DNA of 63,225 nucleotides, filler included, from Intoshia linei (Eukaryota > Animalia > Orthonectida), in the NCBI GenBank assembly GCA_001642005.1. It is 3 parts of 3 records of this genome, joined end to end, with 100 filler letters (N's around TTAATTAATTAA, not from the genome) between each part and the next. Parts side by side here need not be neighbours in the genome. Positions count along the whole stretch, not along the records: positions 1 to 30,937 come from LWCA01000348.1; 2 more parts are not named here. One strand, 5' to 3'. This document shows, piece by piece, positions 1 to 11,234 of this stretch; within the stretch, counting starts at the first letter, position 1; the number at the start of each line of letters is the position of its first letter. The translations under genes and the position numbers were made by a program. The notes under the pieces are model-generated. The model worked only from the letters and a program-made list of their open reading frames with translations. It was not told where the DNA came from and did no database searches.

Positions 1-480
1 TATCGCTGTGCACTGAAGCGGTATCAATAACGACGACAACAGGGCTATTGTATTGTTGCTTTCTTTTCTTAAGCAATTCCATTTCTTCCATAATCCATTC
101 TTGTGCACTTTCCTTTCAGAAACTTCCTCTTTTTATTTCGTAGTGGATAAGTCCTACATTGCCAATACAATGTATATTGGCACCCCTTGATCCAGCCGCA
201 ATTGAGGCACAACGCTCACCGCGCTGTAATCTACCTTCCTTTTTTGAAATGTGTAAATTAAAATTAGTTTCATCCATAAACACTATATTTGCATTTTCAG
301 ATTGAAATTGAAGTAACTTTAAAGTAAAATTTCGTCTTTTCTCTTTATTAACAGCATTGTTTTTGCATTTTCAGGTTCATGTCGTATCGTTTTTAGAGTG
401 TATAAAAGATTGTTCAGATGGTGGGAAACCGCAACTTTTGATACAGATAAATTAAATATGAAACGAATGGCATCGACAAG
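1..480 (-). mobile_element. IS630/Tc1-family (DDE_3-type) transposase remnant, frameshifted, runs off the window edge
   Basis: Minus-strand translation gives NIVFMDETNFNLHISKKEGRLQRGERCASIAAGSRGANIHCIG and, after a frameshift, SPVVVVIDTASVHS. These match the first and second catalytic Asp motifs of IS630/Tc1 transposases. Confidence 0.75.
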
Positions 481-599
481 ATCAAACCTATAATAAGAAA
501 TAAAAAAATCTATGCATAATATTGTTGCTATTTTTAAAATGAATTTATGTCAAATAACAAAAATCATTAAAACATGAAAACTGAAAAACACGAAAAGCT

Positions 600-1200
600 C
601 ATATTAATCTAAAAGAAGTTTAATTTATTTACATAAATTTTAAATGACAACGCCATTATTACTGGTTATTTTTAATCAGTCTGCCGTTCAAAAACTAGAT
701 CTAAGTGACCTTTAAAAATTCTACAATTCTTCACCAAATTTTTTGTAGAGTTCAATGATGTATATTTTGTTGTGCTTTTTTTTGTTCTTTTGAGTGTTGT
801 ACAGTTTAATTGAATTTCACAAATTAATAAAGCGTTTAAGACAGTTTCCCCTGGAAAGCCACCTCACGTTTGTGTGCATTCATAATTTCATAAATTCCTC
901 ATTATTCGTTTCACACAGTTATTGGAAGAGACTTCCTTGAAGAGGATGAGATTTTATAAAGTTAATAGTTTTTATAACAATTTGTAAAGAATCATTAAGT
1001 CCTAATCCTAACTTTTTGGCTACCAAGTGCTGTCTATGGATAATGCAATGTATGGTGAATAAGGAAGGTATACTTTTCTTTGAGAAGCTATGAATCCCCT
1101 GTATCTTCCTACCATTTGTGCTGCACCATCAGTGGAACACTAATCACATTTTCAAATGATATTTCCTTTTCACGTAAATATGATCTGACCATTTCATAAA
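600..1200 (-). mobile_element. hAT (Buster/SCAND3-ZBED5-like) transposase remnant
   Basis: Minus strand reads CSTDGAAQMVGRYRGF...TIHCIIHRQHLVAK...HTNVRWLSRGNCLKRF (TDGA, CxxH and VRWLS motifs), with stops. Confidence 0.85.
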
Positions 1201-1439
1201 GTGTAATATGTATGTGCTTTTGGTTTTTAGTATTTTTCGTCGTTATCAACATTTACTTAGATGATATTGCCACTGTTAGATAAATGATTCCAAATTAAAT
1301 GGAAATATATTTGTATTTACATTTGTATTAAAAAAATTCATTAGCCACTAAAATACAATATTAATTTCATAGACTTATAGATACACATGGAAAAAAGTAT
1401 TGCACATTTATATAATATTAATTTAAAAACCTTTACTCT

Positions 1440-1822
1440 TACCAAAATCTCACATCTATAATCCTCCACACATCCAGAACAGCTGATTTCAATTTTTAAC
1501 GCATTTATTTATCAATTTGACCTTAATATGAGCCCATAGATGTTAAATCGGGTTGATATCTGGCCTTTGTGAAGGCCAATCAATAACTTATATAAATTCT
1601 CTGTCAAAAAATGACTTTGCAAGCCTGGACGTATGTTTCGGGTCATTGTCTTGTTGGAACCGGTAGTTTTCCATGCACAAATTTCGAGCTGCCAATGATA
1701 GTTTTGTAGCAAGTATATGCGTATATGCTACAGCATCCATGATACCGTCGATAAAAATTATCTCTCCACTCTATTGTAAGAAAAACAACCCCAAACCATT
1801 ATAGAACCACCACCGTGTTTTG
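1440..1822 (-). mobile_element. Tc1 transposase remnant
   Basis: Minus strand reads KHGGGSIMVWGCF... and WPSQRPDINPI*HLW (the Tc1 WPSQSPDLNPIE motif), with stops and frameshifts. Confidence 0.85.
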
Positions 1823-1843
1823 TGAATAATATATTATTATATA

Positions 1844-2137
1844 TTATATTACTCTTTTATTATCGGACTCTCTTTCTTGATAGTTAAACCAAAATTTCTT
1901 TTCATTTGAATTCTCAAAGTAACGTTTGGTTTGGATATTAAAAAACGCTACTTTGACATGATCATAGTAACTAGCATCATGAATAACATTCATACTTAAG
2001 GTGTTATGGTTTTGTACGTAAAATTCGTACAGGTTCGAATCGTATATCCATTCGCTTCTATCGATTTCGATCTTTAGTTGGAAATCCTGGCGCCCGTTTT
2101 CCCTAAATTTGTCTAACTGAAATGAAACGTTATACAT
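1844..2137 (-). CDS. Hypothetical 97-aa ORF, no recognisable motif
   Basis: ATG-initiated, stop-terminated ORF, slightly more GC-rich than its flanks, with a hydrophilic composition. No homology recognised. Confidence 0.3.
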   Translation of the reverse strand: MYNVSFQLDKFRENGRQDFQLKIEIDRSEWIYDSNLYEFYVQNHNTLSMNVIHDASYYDHVKVAFFNIQTKRYFENSNEKKFWFNYQERESDNKRVI

Positions 2138-2488
2138 TTTAAATCACTTTAATTTTTAAATTACTTTAAATGGAGTAAATTTTAATTACTATGTAATTAA
2201 AATGAAAAACAAGTTATGAAATTTTTAAAAAAAAATACCGTTAGGTCTTTAATAACGCTAAAATAAACTGTAAACCTTTAATCAAAAAAAAATTTATATA
2301 CAAAGGTACCAAATTTATATGTGTTAAATTAAGTGTTTGTATAATGTAGATGTATATATCTGAAAATTTGTAACAAATCATTACTTTAATGATAAATGAT
2401 CGTTGTGAAATTTTCTCCCGAATAATAATAGTCTTAAGCATGACTTTATAGAACCATAATGCCAATATTATTATAATTCATATTTTAG

Positions 2489-2715
2489 ACTTATTTTTCT
2501 ACACAAGGAATTGTTGGAATAGTGTTATCTTTATTACGTGATTTGATTTTTAGTTAATGTATATATTTAATTTAGTTGTGCTCTGCATCCTGATTGCAAT
2601 AATATTTATGAAAAGAAACAATGACAATGGAAAATATAGTCCTGCTAAATATGAAAATAGAGGTTTACCTTCTTATGCCATGATTGTTGTACCTCCTGAA
2701 CAGCGTCTTATATAA
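2489..2715 (+). CDS. crb: Crumbs-like protein, last two exons (2489-2537, 2576-2715): transmembrane helix plus 34-aa cytoplasmic tail
   Basis: Splicing the 38-nt GT-AG intron 2538-2575 gives TYFSTQGIVGIVLSLLLVLCILIAIIFMKRNNDNGKYSPAKYENRGLPSYAMIVVPPEQRLI*. This has the GxYxPxxxE FERM-binding motif and a PPE(E/Q)RLI PDZ-binding terminus typical of Crumbs. Missed by the ORF track; upstream exons not found. Confidence 0.8.
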
Positions 2716-5700
2716 TTATTTTATTGTAAATAAAATTTAGTCAATTTCAATCATTTACATTTTATACATTTCTTGATTATTAAATATATAATATTATGAT
2801 TATTATTGTGAAAGTTAAAGGATTTTATGCTAAATAATTACTAAATTCAATAAAAAAAACGTTATATGCAGTAACGAAACAAAATTAATATCTGTATTAT
2901 ATTTAAAAATTCCAGTTTCCCGCTGTACACGAAAAAAATAACCATTGAATGTATTGTAAGTGTTATTAACACTAATATCGCCTCTATTCCTAGAGAAGAC
3001 TGAACTGAGTCAAAAATAGGACTTAATGGTATAATGTGTGATTATTTAAATGAAATAAAATATTTGAATACACCAAAAAGAAATGAACATTTAATGATAT
3101 ATACAATAACTGACGAAGAAAGTATCTTTATAAAGCGAACTGAAGATATTATTCACGATAAAGCCGTTGAGTATTGAATCGGAACTTGCATTTTCCAAAT
3201 TATCAAACTTTCTATGCCCAATTAAGGATCAAATTAGAGTCGTCATTCTTTAAAAATGTTATTTTTACTATCGTATATACAAAACAATAATATGTACATG
3301 TTTAAGTACATTAAATATTTTTATTTGACGGTCCCGTTTTGAAGTCTTCGGAAACACTACTATACATATCAAAGAAATAAACACAATCAATATTTGACGT
3401 CTCATTAATTATTTCTGAACCTCATTCGAAAAATTTACAAGCTTGAACTGGATATTATATATTGATATGGACGACCCATACAATTATATGCATGAGAATA
3501 TATTATCGTAATTAGTAAAAAAATTGATTTTTCTGTTCTTGAATATTAACAATTCGGTGCTTGACGTCCAGTATCAATATAAAAATATGAGAGAATAATA
3601 CAAATTATTTAATTATCCATACATTTATGTTCCAATTTTTAAAAATGCAACGACTCTCTCTTCATCAAACAATTCCGATTCGACCAAAACATGTCTTACC
3701 TCGAAATAAAAATTGAAATAAAATTAATCATAGTTTACTTTTGATTTTCCATCAGGGTTAATTTCAAGTTTGTGTAATGTTGGCAACTTGGTAAATGGGA
3801 ATTTTAAATTTTTATAAACGAGTTTATTATTTTCATCATTCCAACTAAAAACTATAAGTGATTGTACATATTAAAAAAACTTGTCTCGTTTAATATGTAA
3901 TTTTATCAGGCCATCAAATTGAAGACATTTCATATCAAGGTGTTTAAGAATAACACTATCAGCTAGATGCAATGTGTACATTTAATCACTAATTTATAAA
4001 ATACATTTGATGCAGTCTGGACACCACATGCGTTGTAGTTTGTCATCGTACGATGAAACAAAGTAAAAAAATATTCTTCTTTTAGTATAACTAAACTCTT
4101 TAAAAAAACTTGTCATCTCTTTTAGGTCATAGGCATCCCTAACTTCAAACATTACTTTGTTTATTTTTGATATTTCTAATTTTATTTTTATAAATTAGTT
4201 TAAACGGGTTGTAGCATAGTGATAAACTTTAATTAGTACAATCAGCACTATACACTATATGTACTAATGTTTTTAACGTGGTTACAAGATAAAAAAGGTG
4301 TCAATTTATAAAGTCACTAAATACCGGGTTGATACGGTTAATAGGCACTAATACAAACGTAAATAATTAATACCAATGTATTTCAATACGATAAAAAAAT
4401 AAAATTAAGAAAATAGTGTTACAAAACTATACACTTTATATACATAAAAAGTGTAAGTAACCCTAATATTTATATATTGATAATTTATATAAAATGTCAA
4501 AGTAATTGAAATTTAGTGAGACTAACCGTAATCGATTACTTTCAATAGTATCAAAAATTGTCTTATAATGATAGTTTGAAAACTAATTGAATGTCAAGTT
4601 TTATCAACTATCATAGGTATAAATTAAGTTAGATCTTGATAATATACATTGATCAAAACTCATTTTATTTTGAAATATATTATAGGATTCATAAATACAT
4701 TAATTTGAAAACTTATATTTTTATTTTCGTATATTAGCATGATTAATCTTCATGTAATAGTAATGTTCAATATGGTTCAAATTATAAAAAATGTAAAAAT
4801 TAACAATGCAATTTATTATACATATATATGGAGTATAAGATAATAAAAAGGTTAGAAATGTAATACCTAAGTAGGTTAGAAATGAATAATTTTTTAATTA
4901 CACAGTAAAAACTATCACTTCAAAATTAATGTAAAATCTTCTCTATCCCACATTTTAATATTTTAAATTTTTCCATTTAAGGGGAAATATATAATAAAAA
5001 TATATACATGTTACCTTAGTTACAATTTCAGGATTAAAGCGATTTAAAAATTTTTTATAGTCCTCCCACATTTTTTTTGTTGGCAAATGGTCCATGGTGT
5101 AAAAAGTTTGGGAACTACTGCTCTAGAAGTCTAGATCAATAGAAATAAATTATCAGAATAATCATCTTTTAAAAATTCTAGGACCAATTCATTAATATTT
5201 CCAAAAAATAAAAGAGAGTAAATAGTGAAGGCGTAATTAGGAGATTAAAAGTTTTTATGTATGTTAACTAAATATAACTTAAATATTCTTTTTTGGGTTT
5301 TTTATCATGAATACACATATTTCTTAGGTTGAAATGTACTTTACGTTGTGCGCCAGAAAACAGTGATTTTAAATTGGGTTTTTTAAATTTCTGGGACTGT
5401 CAGTTTTCTAAATAAATGGTTACATACACATAATTATAAACGTTTGCTTTTACATTTTGTATAGATGTAAGGATTGTATATTTTTTTGAAATTTCTTATA
5501 AATCTTTATGTATGGTGTATTATTAACGCTGTAAATATCTAGGATGAAAAAAACCCCCAGAGTACATTTTTTAAGTACAAATAATTTATGTTAATGATAT
5601 ACCGCAATACCGTTCAATATATCATAATTTGTTTAAACTAGGCATAAGTTCTTAACCTTTTTCCACTTGGAACCCTTAATTCAATAGAATTCGATTTGGC

Positions 5701-6677
5701 ACTCCAAAAAATGTAATAAACTTAAATTCGAAAAGTGTTAACAATGTAGACTACTGTAATAACGAAAACTAAGGTAACAAAGGGTTTCTAGCTGAAATGG
5801 CTTTAAATTTGATTTAGAAAGAACCTTTCAACATTAAAAAATGTATAGTTTGTACGATTTATCAATATCATTTAGTAACAGGTTGAAGCAATATCGATTA
5901 GATAACAGTGTTTTAATAAATATTTATTTCCAAGATAATATATTTTTGATTTTTTTAAATATCGTTAATTGTCAGTGTTGCCAGATTTGTCTAGAATAAA
6001 CTTAAATAAATTAAATATAATTAAGTTAGTGGAACCCATGTTAGTCATTTATTTTAGTGTTGTTTAATATTAACCAATTTTTTTTTTTTTTTGGGATAAA
6101 TGCTTAAAATCAAAAAAGGTATCCATGTACAAAATGGGTTTTTCTAATAAAAAAAGTGAATATATAATAAAATATTAAAATTTAATAAAATACATTCAAG
6201 TACAAGTAGATACAGTATAAATATTGATTATGAACGGATTTTTTGTTTAAAAATTAAATTAGACATGACATTTTAATTGTACATTAGAGCTATTCCATTT
6301 TTCTAATATAAAACTAACTTACAGAAATTGATGCGCCGCTTAATTTGCTATAGAATGATAACATTTGATACTATTGAAACAATATATGCGGTGGTTGTAC
6401 TGATGGTGCACCCGTTATGCTTGGGTCAAAATCTGGGTTTCAAGTAAACATAAAAAAAAAAGTTCATGGTGTTGAAGTAGCAAAATTATCATTAATTTAA
6501 CGTAATTTTATATTTTTAATCATTGATTAATGAAACTTAATATTTTAGATATAAGAAATTTTTTGTTTGTGCCTAGTAAAAGGAGAGGGTCGCGAGGTAT
6601 AAAAGGTTGAGAACCACTGTTCTATAATTTATAATTTAGATTCATTTTTTTTAAGTGTCTGATATAATATATTTTAG

Positions 6678-9381
6678 AAATGGTACGATTCTAAATTTAC
6701 TTGGAATCCAAAAAAATTTTGCAACATTACTAAAATTTACGTCCCATCAAGTGAAATTTGACTCCCAGATATTGTTTTATATAATAGTGCAGATGGAAAT
6801 TTTTCAGTTAAAGCTATAACTAAAGCTATAATTTCACATACAGGAAAAGTTGTGTGGTATATTTTCAATATTATTGCACCGTTATTGTGAGATGTATCTT
6901 AGGTGTATATTTCATTTTATCTTATGAGAAAATTGATTTAAATTTGGTAGACTTGCGTAGCAATAAAAAAAATTTCGAAGAAATGAATTATATAGATTTT
7001 CACCCATATTTCTTTATTGAAATTGTAGGATCAATGTTTACATTTTCATTTTTTATTTTAATCAAAATATTTGAAAAATATTGGTTAATAATATATTAGA
7101 AACTATTTTTCACTGGGAATTCGTAGATTTCTGGGGTTGAAATTTTGTAATTATATCAACTGGAATAAGCTCTATCAGAATAATTTTTTTTTTAATTTTC
7201 GGACCACTAATTATTTCACATTTTTTGTTTTAATAAAATATTTCGGAAAAAAATATATGAAAATTAAATGCTTTTTTTGACCGTGAAGTCGTCACTTATT
7301 CAGATTGAAATGTTTTGTGTGTGTTAACAGGATATAACTGTACCACCTGTAAATTTTTTTAAATTCTAGGTCTGTTTTTATAATAAAAAAAAGGTAATTT
7401 GTGGTTTTGACCATGAAGATATATTTTTTTAAATTCTCCAACTCGTTTGATTTTTAAAAAAAGGACAATTGGGGTTTTTGACCCGTAAGATGTGAGTTTG
7501 GGAGGTTGAAATTTATTTATTATATGCCCCGAAAAAAACTGTAATTGAAACGTGGTCTTTAAAAAATTCTAAGAGTGGTAGTTATTTCAATAAAGTTTTT
7601 GACCCGTAAGATGTGAAATTGGGAGGTTGAAATTTATCTTATTATACGGTTTTTGACCCTTAAGATGTGAAATTGGGAGGTTGAAATTTATCTTATTATA
7701 CGCGGAAAAAACTGTAATTGAAACGTGGATTTATAAAAATCTAAGACTGGTAAGAACTGGTAGTTATTGAAATAAAGTGGAACACACACAAAAAAAGATT
7801 GCGTAGGATATATATAAGTAAGGATGTTAATATTACATAAAAATTTCAACAATCAAATTGAAGGAATTTGACTGTATTACTATGTGAAATGGTAATTATA
7901 TGAAAAAAACGTATTTTTCTCTTCATTTTCAAACGCATGAATATTTTTTAGGAAGCCACCAATGGTTTTGCGAAGTTTGTGCTCAATTGATGTTGAATTT
8001 TTTCCGTTTGACAGTCAAGACTATCAATTAAAACTTGGTTCTTGGACATATGATGGCTTTTCTATTGATGTGAAACATTAAAAATTTAAAGATCCATCAA
8101 AATGACTTGGAAATTATTAAAAATAGAGTCGATTTGTTTGACTATACTTTAAATTCTGAATGGGATTTGTTATCTGTACCAGCTCAAAAATATAATAATT
8201 ATTATCCTTGCTGTATCGAACCATATCCAGATATCACGTATGTTTAGTTTACATCTTGTATTAGTGCACCAAGCAAAAATTAAAAACTAGCTATACATGT
8301 ATATAATTTCAGAGTCAGTATCATCATTTTTTTGTACCGAAACACCTTTTTTTTTTAAATTGGCAAGTCTTTGAAAAATGTATATAATGTTAATAAATTT
8401 AAAAACTATATTGGATATTTTCAGTAAGAACCTAACAAATATAAAATATTTTGAATTGCTTCCTAATGCGCCAATCGAAAAAAAGTTTGAAGCACTGATA
8501 TAAGAGTATACCATTGGAACCTTAATATGGATATCAAATTTAATTTTTTATTTAGAATACATCTAATTTTACGCAGAAAGTCTTTATTCTATACAATAAA
8601 CATGATGATATTATGTATGGCAATTTGTTTTGTAACAGTTTTAATATTTTACCTGTCAGCCAATTGTAAAGAGAAAATAACAATGGGGATAACGATTTTA
8701 AATTGTTTAAATATATTTCTACTACTGGTGTCTGACATAATACCTCCAACTTCATTATCTACCCCTTTAATTTGTAGATATCTATTATTTTTAATTATAT
8801 TAGTAACATTCTCGATAATATTGACAGTTTTCATATTCAATATTCACTTTAGATCTTCAATTCTGCTGGTAATGCCCACATAGATGAAATTTATATTTTT
8901 TAAAATTGCACCAAAATTATTATTTATGAATCAATTTAAAAGTAAAAGTATCGACAAAGAAATACTATTTGGCTATTCTGACATTAATTATCGAAAATGT
9001 GAAAATGATCAAATTAAATCATAAAAATATGTCGGATAGTGAACTTTGCAAGACTGAATATTTAGAAAAAAGACACACGGCATATAAATGCATTATTAGA
9101 GAAATTATTAATGATTTCAGCAGTATTTGTAACAATATCATGCAAGATAATCTGCATTTACAGGTACATTTACGGTATTGTGCATTTTTATCATTTTTTT
9201 TAAAAAATTATTATATTTTTTCGTTATTTTAAATTTTTAGTTATTGAAAGAATGGCGATTTGTATCTTTGCTAATGGATCGTTTTTTTCTAGTGATATTT
9301 TCGGTGGTCAGTTTAGGAGGAACACTTTTTATAATCTTAAGAGCTCCAAGTTTATACGATCACACAAAACCATTAGGATAG
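6678..9381 (+). pseudogene. Nicotinic acetylcholine receptor alpha subunit, disrupted (exons 6678-6856, 7952-8237, 8556-9163, 9241-9381; 5' exons missing or degraded)
   Basis: Motifs: [44 protein letters not shown], loop C YYPCCIEPYPDIT (vicinal Cys = alpha), LRRKSLFY-M1-M3, and EWRFVSLLMDRFFL...APSLYD. Lesions: TGA at a conserved Trp (~6759), second Cys-loop Cys changed to Tyr, TAA plus frameshift at ~8079-8100, TAG at the Trp position 8881-8883, and a frameshift in the M3-M4 loop. Confidence 0.88.
6955..7824 (-). mobile_element. Non-autonomous Helitron-like repeat copy (5' part) in the nAChR intron
   Basis: Shares long blocks (gaattatatagattttcacccat, gacccgtaagatgtga..gggaggttgaaattta, acacacac) with the copies at 12.9, 32.0, 41.2 and 58.0 kb. 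Ends in ...atataagtaagga|t, i.e. A|TCCTTACTTATAT on the minus strand. Has an internal tandem duplication at ~7480-7700. Confidence 0.7.
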
Positions 9382-9934
9382 TTTCCATTGCAATTTGCAA
9401 TCATAGCCATAGGTAACAATTTGAAATCAACTTGTTAATCCTAAATAAAATGTACTAATTACTTTGATTTTAATCGCACCTCATTATAGAAATCGCACTA
9501 GACATGAGATAATCAGTTGTAGAATGGTATCGATAACAGCGTGATGAAGAGAATTTTATTTGTCAGCTTATGGCTACACTCATGTTTACATATTTCTTCA
9601 TGCTCAAGGCATTGTAAAATAAATGTCAACAATTAGCTATAATTAGTTAAAGACTTAAGATAAATTAACAGGCTAATAAATGTTAATTTCATCAAATGAA
9701 CTATTTTTTGAAAAATTATACAGCTCGTTACGTATTATTCGTAACAATTTAACACACTTGATATGTATTGAATGGCAATTAATCAGATTTGTGTACATTT
9801 AAATACATTTTAGCGCATTTAATTGGACAACATTGTCAAATTAATAATGATTATACATGTATAGTAATGTATACAATACATAATATTATGATGAATTATT
9901 ATTAATATCTTCAATATAATTACAATCACTTTAT

Positions 9935-9953
9935 CACAAGATTAGTCTTCATT
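9935..9953 (+). promoter_or_regulatory. Conserved 19-bp upstream element of homeobox copy 1 (CACAAGATTAGTCTTCATT)
   Basis: Identical 19-mer also at 11972-11990 and 15855-15873, 60-65 nt upstream of each ATG. Contains AGATTA (TAATCT on the minus strand) and an Inr-like TTAGTC. Confidence 0.65.
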
Positions 9954-9999
9954 CTTATAATTTTTCACTTACTGTAACATTAATAAGTGATATTTTAAC

Positions 10000-10572
10000 A
10001 TGTTGAATTTTAATGTGTCGTCCATTCTAAAAGACGATGTAAAATCATCGGACAAGGATACTTCAAAGGTAACAACTCCAGTCATGTCAGATAAAATAGT
10101 CATGTTTAATATTTGTATATGGAATTTGAATGAACGGTTTCTCAGAGAGTTTAAAAAAGAAAAATTGAATGGTAATAAATTTTTAACTTTTTCTTATAAA
10201 TTAGATGGTAATTTCAATGACTGGTCAAAAAACTATTTTGAAAGACTTGCAGATTTAAAAAAACAAACCATGCCTATTACTCGACGAAGAACTGCTTTTA
10301 CTGAACAACAGATTATGATTCTGGAAAAAAAATTTTTGATTGAACAATATCCTTCCATATATACTAGACAAGATTTGAACGCACAATTAAGTCTCCCGAT
10401 ACCAACTATACAAGTAAATTAATTTGAATTTCTACTATAATTTCTTTTTAACATAATTTAATATTAAAATTAGATTTGGTTTAAAAATAGAAGAGCTAAA
10501 GAAAGAAAAATGCATCCAGAACAAGAATCTAAAAATTCGTCGTCAATTGAAGATGAAATACTTGTTGTTTAA
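10000..10572 (+). CDS. Divergent PRD-class K50 homeobox protein, copy 1 (exons 10000-10171, 10205-10413, 10474-10572)
   Basis: Homeodomain TRRRRTAFTEQQIMILEKKFLIEQYPSIYTRQDLNAQLSLPIPTIQ|IWFKNRRAKERK. Intron between homeodomain codons 46/47 (PRD-class position), Lys at position 50, N-terminal eh1-like FNVSSIL, C-terminal EDEILVV*, AATAAA downstream. Confidence 0.9.
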
Positions 10573-10891
10573 TTTATATCATCGTTTATTTGTTAAGATG
10601 AATAAAGCTATTCATTCATTTATTATAACAATTTTTCGTATCGATATTTTTGAATCGTTATATAATTCAATCTTGCCGTGTATTATTGGTTTCATCGTGT
10701 TGGTTGAATAGTAGAATTTTGTAATTGTTTTTATCATTGAATTTTGCGTCTTCTCGACGCAATGAATATTATAGAAATTTAATCGTAAATTATATTATTA
10801 ATTTTAAGTTTAAATAAATATTTATAATTACAAATGTATAGAGTTGAATGTAAATTTAATATTTACAATGTATGTTATAAATTAAATAATG

Positions 10892-11100
10892 GCGCCCAAA
10901 TTGAGACAGGTAATATTTTTGAATTTACCATGATTATTGGTCAAATTAATAAAATTATAATCATTAATAATTGCGCCCAAATTGAAACAGGTAATATTTT
11001 TAAATCAACCATGGTTATTAGTCAAATTAATAAAATTATAATCATTTATAATTGTACCCAACTTGAAACGGGTATATTTTTAAATTAACCATGATTATTA
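10892..11100. repeat. 81-nt tandem repeat (~2.6 units)
   Basis: Units start gcgcccaaattga at 10892 and 10973 and gtacccaacttga at 11054. A related array with a shared upstream flank lies at ~18040-18310. Confidence 0.8.
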
Positions 11101-11234
11101 TTTTTAAAATAGATGATATAGGTAAAATCATATATAAATTTATGATAAAACCATAAATTGAATTGAATACATAAATATTCTCAGCAATAATCTCCAAATT
11201 TCCTCTAAATGATGAAATTATCTGACAATGTTTC

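Noticed and set aside
2900-3250. Plus-strand frame with coding-like composition and several stops
   Set aside because: No recognisable motif; cannot distinguish pseudogene from TE remnant.
4500-5575. Possible degraded 5' exons of the nAChR gene (VKFYQL at ~4590-4616; DEKNPQ at ~5543)
   Set aside because: Similarity too short and interrupted to support exon calls.
5095-6620. Isolated hAT-like TIR ends (e.g. ~5101-5120, ~6601-6619, also ~31412-31430 and ~43030-43043)
   Set aside because: Partner ends and TSDs could not be paired confidently, so they are not listed as discrete elements.
6759-6761. TGA at a conserved Trp, suggesting an alternative genetic code
   Set aside because: The same gene also has TAG at a Trp, a Cys-to-Tyr change and frameshifts. 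Intact genes use TGG for Trp, and the 3.5-kb ORF has no in-frame TGA.
8552-8840. Antisense ORFs over coding exons (8552, 8649, 19344, 23182, 28664, 29469, 33283, 56613)
   Set aside because: Shadow ORFs of real exons on the opposite strand.
10834-11088. 84-aa repetitive ORF (and the 70-aa ORF at 18115-18327)
   Set aside because: Translation of tandem repeats with 3n periods; no independent coding evidence.
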